55,265 nt of DNA from Promethearchaeota archaeon Loki_b31 (GTDB lineage: Archaea > Asgardarchaeota > Lokiarchaeia > Sigyniarchaeales > SOKP01), in assembly GCA_005222975.1 (NCBI GenBank), contig NJBI01000017.1, forward strand, positions 1-55,265, written 5' to 3'. This document shows positions 20,684-29,514 of the stretch, in pieces. A program made the position numbers and the translations under genes. Position 1 is the first letter of the stretch, and each line of letters starts with the position of its first letter. Below the pieces are notes generated by a model. That model worked only from the letters and a program-made list of their open reading frames with translations, was not told the DNA's origin and made no database searches.

Positions 20684-22270
20684 CTAACGCCCTTGCCTTT
20701 CTTTCGATCCAAATTTCTCCGTAATCATTTTATTTTGAATTAAAAATTCTTTAAACTTCTTATCATAATAGTCATCAATGCGCTTGTTAACAAATCTTAA
20801 AGCCAATTTAAATGCTTTCATTGCATCTATATTTTCGATTACCCTTGCATTATGCATAAAATCATTTCTAAATTTTCTTAAACGTGAAAGTTCCCGAGTA
20901 TCATCTTCTCCTAAAATTCCCAAAAGTGAAAGTAGATTGATCTTCATATTTGCTGTATAATCTCTCCCTACATATTTTTTCTTTTTTTCTTTTGAGAGTT
21001 TCTTTTGATCTAAATATGATTCCCATATATGGTTCAAATATTGCTCTATTAACACCCAACTGAAAATAAATGATTGGTCAAATTCCAATCTTATGAGATG
21101 GGTATAAGAGTCAATTAACAATTTTAAATTATGTCGCATATTATCCATTTTAAAAAATTTTTTAAAATGTTTTAATACCAATTCTATATGTAATGGATGA
21201 ATTCGTGTCCTAACTGATTGGAATTGGCTTCTTGAAGGGATTTCATTTCTTAGTTCAAACATTTTTTTTGAATACCTTGAAAACCCAAAATTCTCCCTAA
21301 ATAAATTTGTTTTCAAATTATAATAGGTAAGAAAAAATTCAGCTTCATGAGTCGAAAAGACTTCAAAATAACCATCTACATTACAGATTAATAGCAGACT
21401 AAGGAAAAGATCAATCAATTTGTATGTTTCTTTCAATTCGGAATCCTCAAATTGACCATCAAAGTTAGTATTAATGCTTATCCCTAAAAAACCATCATTC
21501 ATTAAGATAATTCTTCTACCAAGAATTTCCATGTGTTTCACTGTTTTTATGTAAGTACTCAACGGTACTGTATAAAATCCTTCTTGGTCTGTAAAATATG
21601 GTGGAGCACCAATCCAAATTGGAGGACGGATATATCCTGCAAGAAAGGGCATCCTATATGTTTTCCTGCCCAAATCTGCTTGTTTTATAAAATCTTGGAT
21701 TTCATCTGGTAATTCTTCTATATTTGCTTTTTTTTGAATAAATATTCCTGGTCTATCTCTAAACATACATTCTAAAAGTGAATTTCTTTTTTCATCCTCT
21801 TCTTGTTGGAAAAACTCTAAGATTGCTGATTGAGTGGAATCGAATAAGTTTCCGAGGAAGATTAGATAATAATATTCTTTTCCAACAAAACCACCTTTAA
21901 TAACATCATTATTCCGTCCTTTTTTCAAATAGGGAATGTTCTTTCTAATCAAAATTTTAAGATCAGCTTTAATAACATTACTATTATCGAGGAGGGATTG
22001 AAACAATTTCCCCTTGTAAATATCTGCTCCTAAATCATTCAACACATCCCTTTTAGAGGCTTGATATGGTCCTAAGACATCAAAAGTCTTGTCAGAGAAA
22101 CCTTCATCATGATTGAATAGCAAAAATTGAATTTCATTTTTTATACTTTTAAACCGTATAACTGCGATTTGCAGGGGGGATTTGAGTTCAGAGTGTTCAG
22201 GATCTTGGAGTTTATTCCGAATTGAATCAACCAATTTAGTCAAGGTAGGTATATAATCTTCATTCGTCAT
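20684..22270 (-). CDS. HEPN-domain (ApeA-like) protein
   Basis: SFIFSWVLIE ... LRKFRNDFMH (Rx4H). Confidence 0.6.
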   Translation of the reverse strand: MTNEDYIPTLTKLVDSIRNKLQDPEHSELKSPLQIAVIRFKSIKNEIQFLLFNHDEGFSDKTFDVLGPYQASKRDVLNDLGADIYKGKLFQSLLDNSNVIKADLKILIRKNIPYLKKGRNNDVIKGGFVGKEYYYLIFLGNLFDSTQSAILEFFQQEEDEKRNSLLECMFRDRPGIFIQKKANIEELPDEIQDFIKQADLGRKTYRMPFLAGYIRPPIWIGAPPYFTDQEGFYTVPLSTYIKTVKHMEILGRRIILMNDGFLGISINTNFDGQFEDSELKETYKLIDLFLSLLLICNVDGYFEVFSTHEAEFFLTYYNLKTNLFRENFGFSRYSKKMFELRNEIPSRSQFQSVRTRIHPLHIELVLKHFKKFFKMDNMRHNLKLLIDSYTHLIRLEFDQSFIFSWVLIEQYLNHIWESYLDQKKLSKEKKKKYVGRDYTANMKINLLSLLGILGEDDTRELSRLRKFRNDFMHNARVIENIDAMKAFKLALRFVNKRIDDYYDKKFKEFLIQNKMITEKFGSKERQGR

Positions 22271-22478
22271 ATATTAAATTATCATTCTAGACTTTAAAAA
22301 GCTTTTAAAAGATTGAGAACATGTCTAAGACTAAAGTAAACTTATTTATTTCTTCTTGATTATCGCTTAGGTCATTTCCAAGAATAAATATTTTGATTTA
22401 TCTTCTATTTTTTGAAAAAGAAAATAAGTAAAAATTTTTATATTAATACTTGTCCGGTATATATAACAAATTTTTGAT

Positions 22479-23753
22479 TTGATTTCCATTTTGAAAGAAG
22501 ATAAGATAATATCCCTGTTAAATCTGTTGATACAAGAACAAGAATTTCTCGAGTTAAATGAGGTACTGCAGGAAAATTTTAATATATTTCAATTATTGGA
22601 CATTGAAACGAAAGAAGTTCATTATTCAAAGGTATTAAGTAAGTTCCTTGATCCATTAGGAAATCATGGACTTGGAGACCAGTTTTTAAAGCTCCTTTTG
22701 AAAACTTTAATTAGAGATCCAAGTCGTCATACCAAGTTTAATGATTTGGCAATAGAGTATATCGATATTGATTGTTCTTCGATGGATGATGTGTTTGTGA
22801 ATGTAGAACAAACTATCTTATCAAAAAGACGAATAGATATCTTCATCCAAATTAATTTTGAAAGAGAAACTTGGATTATTGTCATCGAAAATAAATTGTT
22901 TGCAAAAGAAAGTCCAGATCAAACCACAGATTATGCAAGGGAATTAGCAAAAAAGTATCCTGAACACAAATATAAGAAAATCTGCATATATCTCACTCCA
23001 AATGGAGATCATCCTGTAAGTAATGAATTTATCCCCTGTTCTTGGGAAGAAATTTATCAAATTATTACTACGCTTCTTAAAAGTCCTGACTTGAGAGAAG
23101 CCGTGAGAATGTTTTTAACTCATTTTTCCAACTCAATTAAGGTGTTTATTGTGGATAATCCAAAATTAGATGAATTATGTGAAAAACTGTTTAACAAATA
23201 TCCTGAAGTTTTAGATTTTCTATTAGAAAAATATGCAAAATTTAAAAGCTCCCCTGTAACTGAGCGCATAAAATTTTTAGAGAGCCAATTAAAGAAATTA
23301 TATCAAAAAGACTGGGAATTTTTTATGGGATATAATTGGATAAATTTTTTCAAGAAAGATTGGAAGGAACTACAAGATCGATATAGCTGGGTGGAAAAAA
23401 AGACGCAATATTTTAGTTTGGTTACCTTTCAACTACAAATTACCGATAAAAATGATCTGAGACTATATTTTTATTCATATGGCTATGAACGAGATTCTAT
23501 GAGGAGAGCATTCAAGGGCAACTTTATTGATGATGTAGAAAAAACCCATTCTATGTATAACCAATATCTTAATACCAATTTAAATACAAACAATATGTTC
23601 CATTATATTATTGCCCATGAGCAAGACCAAAAAGATGATATTATTATCTTGAAGTTACTTCAAGATGAATTGGGTAAAATTCTTAAAGAGTATGAACCAA
23701 TTTTAGAAAAAAATATTCGGGAGCTTACAAAAGTTGACACATCCCATTGGTAA
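22479..23753 (+). CDS. PD-(D/E)XK nuclease family protein (PDDEXK_4-like)
   Basis: E..YS..L..FLDP.GNHGLG..FL, RIDI, VIENK..A.E..DQ..DY, IYLTP.G. Confidence 0.8.
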   Translation: MISILKEDKIISLLNLLIQEQEFLELNEVLQENFNIFQLLDIETKEVHYSKVLSKFLDPLGNHGLGDQFLKLLLKTLIRDPSRHTKFNDLAIEYIDIDCSSMDDVFVNVEQTILSKRRIDIFIQINFERETWIIVIENKLFAKESPDQTTDYARELAKKYPEHKYKKICIYLTPNGDHPVSNEFIPCSWEEIYQIITTLLKSPDLREAVRMFLTHFSNSIKVFIVDNPKLDELCEKLFNKYPEVLDFLLEKYAKFKSSPVTERIKFLESQLKKLYQKDWEFFMGYNWINFFKKDWKELQDRYSWVEKKTQYFSLVTFQLQITDKNDLRLYFYSYGYERDSMRRAFKGNFIDDVEKTHSMYNQYLNTNLNTNNMFHYIIAHEQDQKDDIIILKLLQDELGKILKEYEPILEKNIRELTKVDTSHW

Positions 23754-24358
23754 TGTTCTTCCCATCAACACTTGAATATTAGAAAATTCTGATGTCTATT
23801 CTTTGCTTTTTTTGATAATTTCAAAGTGTCAATCTTTAATCATTTCTGTTTTGTATCAAATTTTTCCATATTAGAGATTTTTTGAGTATTTTACTTTCAA
23901 CAGGAATATATTTTTTTTCGTAAGAATCTCTATATCGTGGATCTGGGTTATCATATCTGATATGAATTTTCATATCATTTTGATTATCAGCACCAAACTG
24001 TATCCTCAATGGATTGTCATTAAGGTCTAAAAAAAAAAACCCCTATTCCAAAATACGTTAGAAATGACTTTGTTAGTATATTAGCTGTATCTATTTGTGC
24101 TCTATCATAAGATCTATTTCTAAAACTGTAATAAGTGCCTATACATAAAGTTTTTAATTTCAAACCTTTGAAATGACTGGTAGCATATTTGAAGAGTATT
24201 TGATAAAATGCTCTCGCGATTATATTCCCTTGTCGTATCCCTTTAAGATATTTAAGTTCGATACCCATCGGACTTAATACCTGATAATTAGATTTGAAAA
24301 TTATTAAATCAATGCTCATAACCTTAGGCTTTCATTATATAAAACATAGGAGGCTAAA

Positions 24359-24751
24359 TTAATTAACATATAATGCTTGGTTTAAAACATCTAAATTTTT
24401 AGCAAGTTCTTCCTTAAATAGATGGTAATATGTAAATTTTTGTTTTTTATATCCTTGTATTAAACCTGCTACTACAAGCTTTCTTAAATGATGAGATATT
24501 GTCGATTGGGACTTATCTAATATAGTTTCTAATTCGCATACACATCTATCTTGTTCTTTTAAAGCGTTAATAATGATCAACCTTTCTTTTGACGCTAAAG
24601 CTAAAGTGAATTTCTCAATCGCTTCAAATGTTTTATTTTCTTCTAATTCCTTCCCCAATTTTAGCAAATTATTAAAGAAACCATTTGAGTTAGAGCATTC
24701 TTTACAAGCACATAGCATTATCTTAATTTCTGATTCGCGTTTTTCTTTCAT
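24359..24751 (-). CDS. arsR: ArsR/SmtB-family metalloregulator
   Basis: ALA...RL.I, RCVCEL metal site, SQSTISHHLRKL HTH; divergent from acr3. Confidence 0.9.
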   Translation of the reverse strand: MKEKRESEIKIMLCACKECSNSNGFFNNLLKLGKELEENKTFEAIEKFTLALASKERLIIINALKEQDRCVCELETILDKSQSTISHHLRKLVVAGLIQGYKKQKFTYYHLFKEELAKNLDVLNQALYVN

Positions 24752-24806
24752 AAACTAAACCCTTTTTATATTTTTTTACAAAATACTTTTATCTTATATA
24801 TAAAAG

Positions 24807-24881
24807 TAAATCGATAAATATAAATTTATAACATTTCAGCTTTTCTTTATGCTCAAATCGACAACCTTAAATTTGAAGTAC
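24807..24881 (+). promoter_or_regulatory. Putative ArsR operator/promoter, repeated at 29388-29462
   Basis: Two conserved blocks (29/32 nt and an identical 20-mer TCAAATCGACAACCTTAAAT) around a variable 14-nt spacer. Confidence 0.6.
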
Positions 24882-24929
24882 AACTTTTAGTAAATGATAA
24901 TTATTCAATCTTAAAAGAATGAAGTAGAA

Positions 24930-26013
24930 ATGAAATCAGAAGAACCAAAAGTAGAATCAAAAAAAATTAATTATTTTGAAAAACTTCTTCCGTTATGGGT
25001 CGCATTATGTATAATTGCAGGTATTATTCTTTCTCAGCTTATCCCTGAAATAAGCGAAGCTATTAATTCTTTACAAATAGGAGGAATTTCTATTCCCATT
25101 GGAATCTGTTTATTCCTGATGATGTATCCCGCTATGTTGAATCTTCAATTTTCTGAGTTGAAAAAATTAGGTAAAAACCCAAAACCAATTATATTAACGC
25201 TTATCTCTAATTGGGTAGTCGCTCCTTTCATAGGGTTAGCAATGGCAAACATTTTTTTACCTGGATATGAACAACTAATAGTTGCAATTATTCTTCTAAG
25301 TTCAAGCCCATGTACTGCTATGGTCCTAATTTGGGGTTGGATGGCAAGAGGGAATCAAGAACAAAACGTAATTAATACTAGTTTAAATACAATAACTATC
25401 ATATTCGGTTATGTCCCTTTAGTCGCATTATTAACCGGCATTAAAAACATTCCTATAGATATCTTTCTTTTGTTAATTTCTTTGGTGGTTTTCATAGGAA
25501 TACCACTATTATTGGGTATAGTTAGTAAAAAAATTATTATTTCAACCAAAGGAGATGCTTGGTTTAACGATGTCTATAGACCAATTGTAGGAAAAATTTC
25601 GATTGGTGCACTATTAACGACTTTAATTGTTCTTTTTTCACTTAATGGAACCGTCTTGATAAATAATCCCGATCTACTGCTGATAATCTCTATACCTCTT
25701 TTAGTGGGATTTGTAATTGTTGTTGGTTTTAATTTATTAATTACAAAACTCTTTAAGTTGAGATATGAGGAAGCAGTTATTACGGTTATAATAGGATCTT
25801 CAAGTCATTTTGAAATAGCTATTGCTACTGCAATTGCTATGTATGGAATTGGCTCTATTGCTGCATTAGGGACTACCATGGGACTATACGATTCTTAGTT
25901 TTCCTATGAAAGGGTCATTCTGGGAAGTTCCAGTAATGCTGTCAATAGTCTACTTCGGAAGATTTCTAAAGAAAAGAGGTTTTTGGGAGAATTCAGGAGA
26001 TAGGACAGATTAA
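24930..26013 (+). CDS. acr3: Acr3 arsenite efflux permease, join(24930..25887,25919..26013), 350 aa if the 31-nt insert is spliced out
   Basis: LMMYP, NWVVAP, SPCTAMV, SSHFEIAIA motifs; removing the insert gives AALGTTMGL-FWEVPVMLSIVY with the spacing of the Acr3 consensus ATVVGPLIEVPVML. Confidence 0.85.
25888..25918 (+). other. Candidate 31-nt bulge-helix-bulge (BHB) intron in acr3 mRNA
   Basis: Central helix GACU(25882-85)/GGUC(25913-16), bulges AUA(25886-88) and AUU(25917-19), closing pairs G25881-C25920 and C25889-G25912, internal hairpin UUC-U-UAG/CUA-U-GAA; cleavage after the 2nd nt of each bulge restores the frame. Confidence 0.7.
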
Positions 26014-26105
26014 AGAATCCAAATTTTAAATTTTTTTTTTTATAAAATTACAAGAATCTATTATTAATCAAGCTTAAATCGGTAAAAGAATAGAAAAAAG
26101 GATTA

Positions 26106-28715
26106 TTACAGAAATCTTATTATATCACCATAAGTTTGTCTTAGCTTGTCGATTTGTTTAAGATCTCTCCAATTACAATGGGGAATATTTCTAAGACGAT
26201 AATTATTTATTTTAAATAATTTCCTTACTTGTTGCTCAAACTCGGAAATTATGAATTTTAGATAGTTATCACGTCGTATTGTATGATCAACTATGATATA
26301 AATATCGATAAATCCATTGTTTTTTAGGTTTTGTTTAAAATTATCACTAGATTTTAAATGCTGATAATCATTGACGAGAGATCCATTTCGAGGAGTTCTA
26401 TGCTTGAATCTATCAACATATTCTTCTAAAGATGAATGTTCACGATCCCAATATTCCCCTGCGACACTTAGCACTCCTATCTTTATACTAATATAAGCAA
26501 AAGCGTCAAAATGCATTCGCTTATAACTCCTTAATGTTTTATAATCGCTAGGCACTAAATTATCAACCTTATCAAAAGGAAGAATTTCATATAATGATGT
26601 TGGTTTTTCACCAAAATTTTTATGAAATAATCTTGAAAGTAAATAGCGCATTATCCGTTCGTTTGTTATTTTTCCTCCCGAACATATTTCACAAGATTTT
26701 AGATCTAAATTAAACTCATCAGGTTTAGATTTAAATCTAAAACTTGGATGATATTTACAAGACCATAGATAAACTTCTCTGGATGGCTGTTTTAATTTCT
26801 CAATATAACTCAACGGGGTTTCCAGATTAAAATTATATTTATCACCTCGAGTGATAATTTGTTCACTCGTTAATCTATGACTATCGTGATAACATTCAGC
26901 ACACCAGTTATCATAATCTTTAATGCGCTCCATACTAATATAAAATTCCCCGTGTCTGTTACAAATAAATGGGAATAATATTTCAGAGACTTTTTGCTGT
27001 TTATCACGAGATTTTTTTAACTCCTGATTTATTCGAGCTATAAATTCAGTTTCAGTAAATTTAAATCTTGCATTCCTCAACTCCGCTTCTCTAACAAAAT
27101 CCTGATATGAATGGGACTTTTTAATTCTTGAACATAGAGGGCATACAGCGCGATATAAATGTTTGTAAACTACACTAAATTTTTCATGGTTGGAACACTT
27201 ACAAGAAAGTTCAAATGATAAGTTTTCTATAAGAGTCCCTGTTAGCACAGATTCTAAATAATCAAATACATTCGTCTCCATATTAAGTCCTAAAGAATTG
27301 ATTTTACTACAATAGGAATTCCATTTCTTCACTAAGCTAAAAACACGTTTTTCAGCACATATTAATTTGTAATCGAGTATTAAATTAAAAAAAACAATAT
27401 AATTACTTGAAAACTCTTGTTTTAGATTAAAAAACCAATTATCTAAAATATTTTCATCTATTAAAGAGTTAGGTCTTTTATATTTATTAGACTTTAAAGT
27501 AGCGAAAGCTAAAACTTCAGAACCATTAGATGTACCATAAAGCATCTCGGCAATTCTATTATCTGGCAGAACTCCTTGACATGATTTAATTTGTTTTACT
27601 AGATTCTCAAGAAAACCCTTTGATATGAATTTGGTATTCTTTGCATTTGAAAAATGAATCTCAATAAATTCTTTATAATGTTCTAGAGCTATCATATCGA
27701 TTTTTTTAATTTCTCTTGGTTGCCCTTCTCTTTGTTTCATGGAATTTACGAACTCATTTTTTAATTCATTATTGAAAGATTCCCTGTATTCTTCATTAAT
27801 TTTAAGTGTTTCAAAGTTTTCAGATTTTTCGTCCATGTCTTTCTGATAATTGTTATTCATTCTCAGTAAGTTAAAAACATCAGATTTAGTAAATTTTGAA
27901 GTTAAATCTTCCTTAAAGAATTCATGATATGCGGAAAACCTGTCGAAGGCAGATACCTTTGCTTTCTTATTTCCTTTAGTTTCAGGATTTAATCCGAGAA
28001 GACAGCGACACGTACCAATGTTTAGGATTTGATCATAACTATGCTTCATCTCTTTTAACCCCATTTCACGATTGTTTTCTGACATAATTAATAACTCGTT
28101 ACTCTTCAACATGTTCTTTTGCCATTCATTCAAATATTTTTGAAGATGTTTTGAAAGTGGTTTAAGATTTTCAGGTTTAGAAAGGATTTCGGAATGAGCT
28201 CTCAGATGCTTGAGAATTCTTGTATATTGGATAGTTATTTCATCCATTCCATCCTTAATTGCTTTATTCACGAGATTTGATTTAGAATTATCTCCTTTTT
28301 TTATTGCTTTAATTTGTTTCTTGGTTAATTGCTTGAGATAAGCATTAGAAATTGTATCCATATAACGTGAAACTATGGGTACTCCCCTTCCAACTGTTAT
28401 GCAATATACCCATCCTTCTACAAATGAGGTCATTTCATCAAGGAATCTTGATTTCACGCTTTCAATTAATTCACGGGGAGGTAGTCCAGCTTTATCAAAC
28501 AAGCATGATAATGCAGCATCCACGAAATCACCGATCCTTTGATCGACATAAACTAAAGGAATGTGATGTTTTTTGCATTTAGGATACTTCCCAAAACCAA
28601 AAAATCTCAATTTAAGAGGTTTAACTCTTGTCATAAACTCACACCCGAAGTTTGGGCAGATTGCTATGCGGTCTTCTCCCACGGTTTTTCGTGACACGTT
28701 GGTGTATGCTTTCAT
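26106..28715 (-). CDS. Cassette ORF-B2: conserved head + three Zn-ribbon repeats + C-terminal PD-(D/E)XK/Vsr-like endonuclease
   Basis: Head homologous to B1/B3; CSNH..CPLC, CNRH..CAEC, CKYH..CEIC; ERIMRYLL...HFDAF...AGEYWDREH...D..KQ. Confidence 0.8.
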   Translation of the reverse strand: MKAYTNVSRKTVGEDRIAICPNFGCEFMTRVKPLKLRFFGFGKYPKCKKHHIPLVYVDQRIGDFVDAALSCLFDKAGLPPRELIESVKSRFLDEMTSFVEGWVYCITVGRGVPIVSRYMDTISNAYLKQLTKKQIKAIKKGDNSKSNLVNKAIKDGMDEITIQYTRILKHLRAHSEILSKPENLKPLSKHLQKYLNEWQKNMLKSNELLIMSENNREMGLKEMKHSYDQILNIGTCRCLLGLNPETKGNKKAKVSAFDRFSAYHEFFKEDLTSKFTKSDVFNLLRMNNNYQKDMDEKSENFETLKINEEYRESFNNELKNEFVNSMKQREGQPREIKKIDMIALEHYKEFIEIHFSNAKNTKFISKGFLENLVKQIKSCQGVLPDNRIAEMLYGTSNGSEVLAFATLKSNKYKRPNSLIDENILDNWFFNLKQEFSSNYIVFFNLILDYKLICAEKRVFSLVKKWNSYCSKINSLGLNMETNVFDYLESVLTGTLIENLSFELSCKCSNHEKFSVVYKHLYRAVCPLCSRIKKSHSYQDFVREAELRNARFKFTETEFIARINQELKKSRDKQQKVSEILFPFICNRHGEFYISMERIKDYDNWCAECYHDSHRLTSEQIITRGDKYNFNLETPLSYIEKLKQPSREVYLWSCKYHPSFRFKSKPDEFNLDLKSCEICSGGKITNERIMRYLLSRLFHKNFGEKPTSLYEILPFDKVDNLVPSDYKTLRSYKRMHFDAFAYISIKIGVLSVAGEYWDREHSSLEEYVDRFKHRTPRNGSLVNDYQHLKSSDNFKQNLKNNGFIDIYIIVDHTIRRDNYLKFIISEFEQQVRKLFKINNYRLRNIPHCNWRDLKQIDKLRQTYGDIIRFL

Positions 28716-29326
28716 GTGGTTAATCGCTCCTCGAGTTGTTTTATTGATTTTTTAATCTTATCTCTTGGCGTTGGTTCTAATAGGTTATCCAGCTCTCCTT
28801 CTAAACCATGATAGTTTATTTCAAGTTCTTTATAAAATTCGCGGAATTTTGCATATAGGCATTTTTTCACTAAACAAATGTTTTTTGCTAGCACAACAAC
28901 GAATTTAAGGAATCTTGGATGATCATGAATATTCACCTCTGAAAAAATATGAATTAAAATGGACAGTTTCTCCGTTATGGCTGATAGTTTATCAATTTGT
29001 GTTTTGTTATTTTCATAATAAAGAGATTGAATCCCCTCCTCAAGTGAATGTCCTTGTTTCTTAATTTTTTTTAACAAGGTTATAAATTCATGAGATAATG
29101 ATTCAACCTTTTGTTTTCGGGTAAGAAATTTTGTGGTTGATTTATTATCAAGTGAAATCAAGTTAGAACGAAATCGATATCTTATAACTTCAGTCTTGTA
29201 GTTAAAAAAAGTTCGGAGCTGGCGTGAAAGTTCTTTAATTTTTCTTGCGCCCTCAATTTCATACCAATCATTAAAAATTTCATCATATTCTGTTCCAAAA
29301 TCAGAATCGTCAATATAATCTGTCAT
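28712..29326 (-). CDS. Cassette ORF-A, copy 2
   Basis: Homolog of 4518..5129; ATGA overlap with ORF-B2. Confidence 0.9.
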   Translation of the reverse strand: MTDYIDDSDFGTEYDEIFNDWYEIEGARKIKELSRQLRTFFNYKTEVIRYRFRSNLISLDNKSTTKFLTRKQKVESLSHEFITLLKKIKKQGHSLEEGIQSLYYENNKTQIDKLSAITEKLSILIHIFSEVNIHDHPRFLKFVVVLAKNICLVKKCLYAKFREFYKELEINYHGLEGELDNLLEPTPRDKIKKSIKQLEERLTT

Positions 29327-29336
29327 AATTTATTAT

Positions 29337-29370
29337 CTTTTACTACCCAATTATCACAGTTGTATTTAAA
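29337..29370 (-). promoter_or_regulatory. Conserved cassette leader TTTAAATA-N10-AATTGGGTAGTAAAAG
   Basis: Reverse complement matches the leaders of copies 1 and 3 with the same 10-nt spacing. Confidence 0.7.
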
Positions 29371-29387
29371 TAAAAAAGTGAGCGAAA

Positions 29388-29462
29388 TAAATCTATAAAT
29401 ATAAATCTATAATATTTCAAACTGTAAGTTGAGTCAAATCGACAACCTTAAATGTGAAATAC
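29388..29462 (+). promoter_or_regulatory. Second copy of the putative ArsR operator/promoter, upstream of the methyltransferase-hgcA fusion
   Basis: Gapless match to 24807-24881. Confidence 0.6.
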
Positions 29463-29514
29463 TATTTTTTATTTTGAGACTTCATAATATAAAAAATTAA
29501 TTTGAAAAATTTGA

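Larger units (their letters stand above)
26106..29387 (-). mobile_element. Two-gene nuclease cassette, copy 2 (boundaries approximate)
   Basis: ORF-A/ORF-B pair plus conserved leader, lying inside the ars/hgc cluster. Confidence 0.65.
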
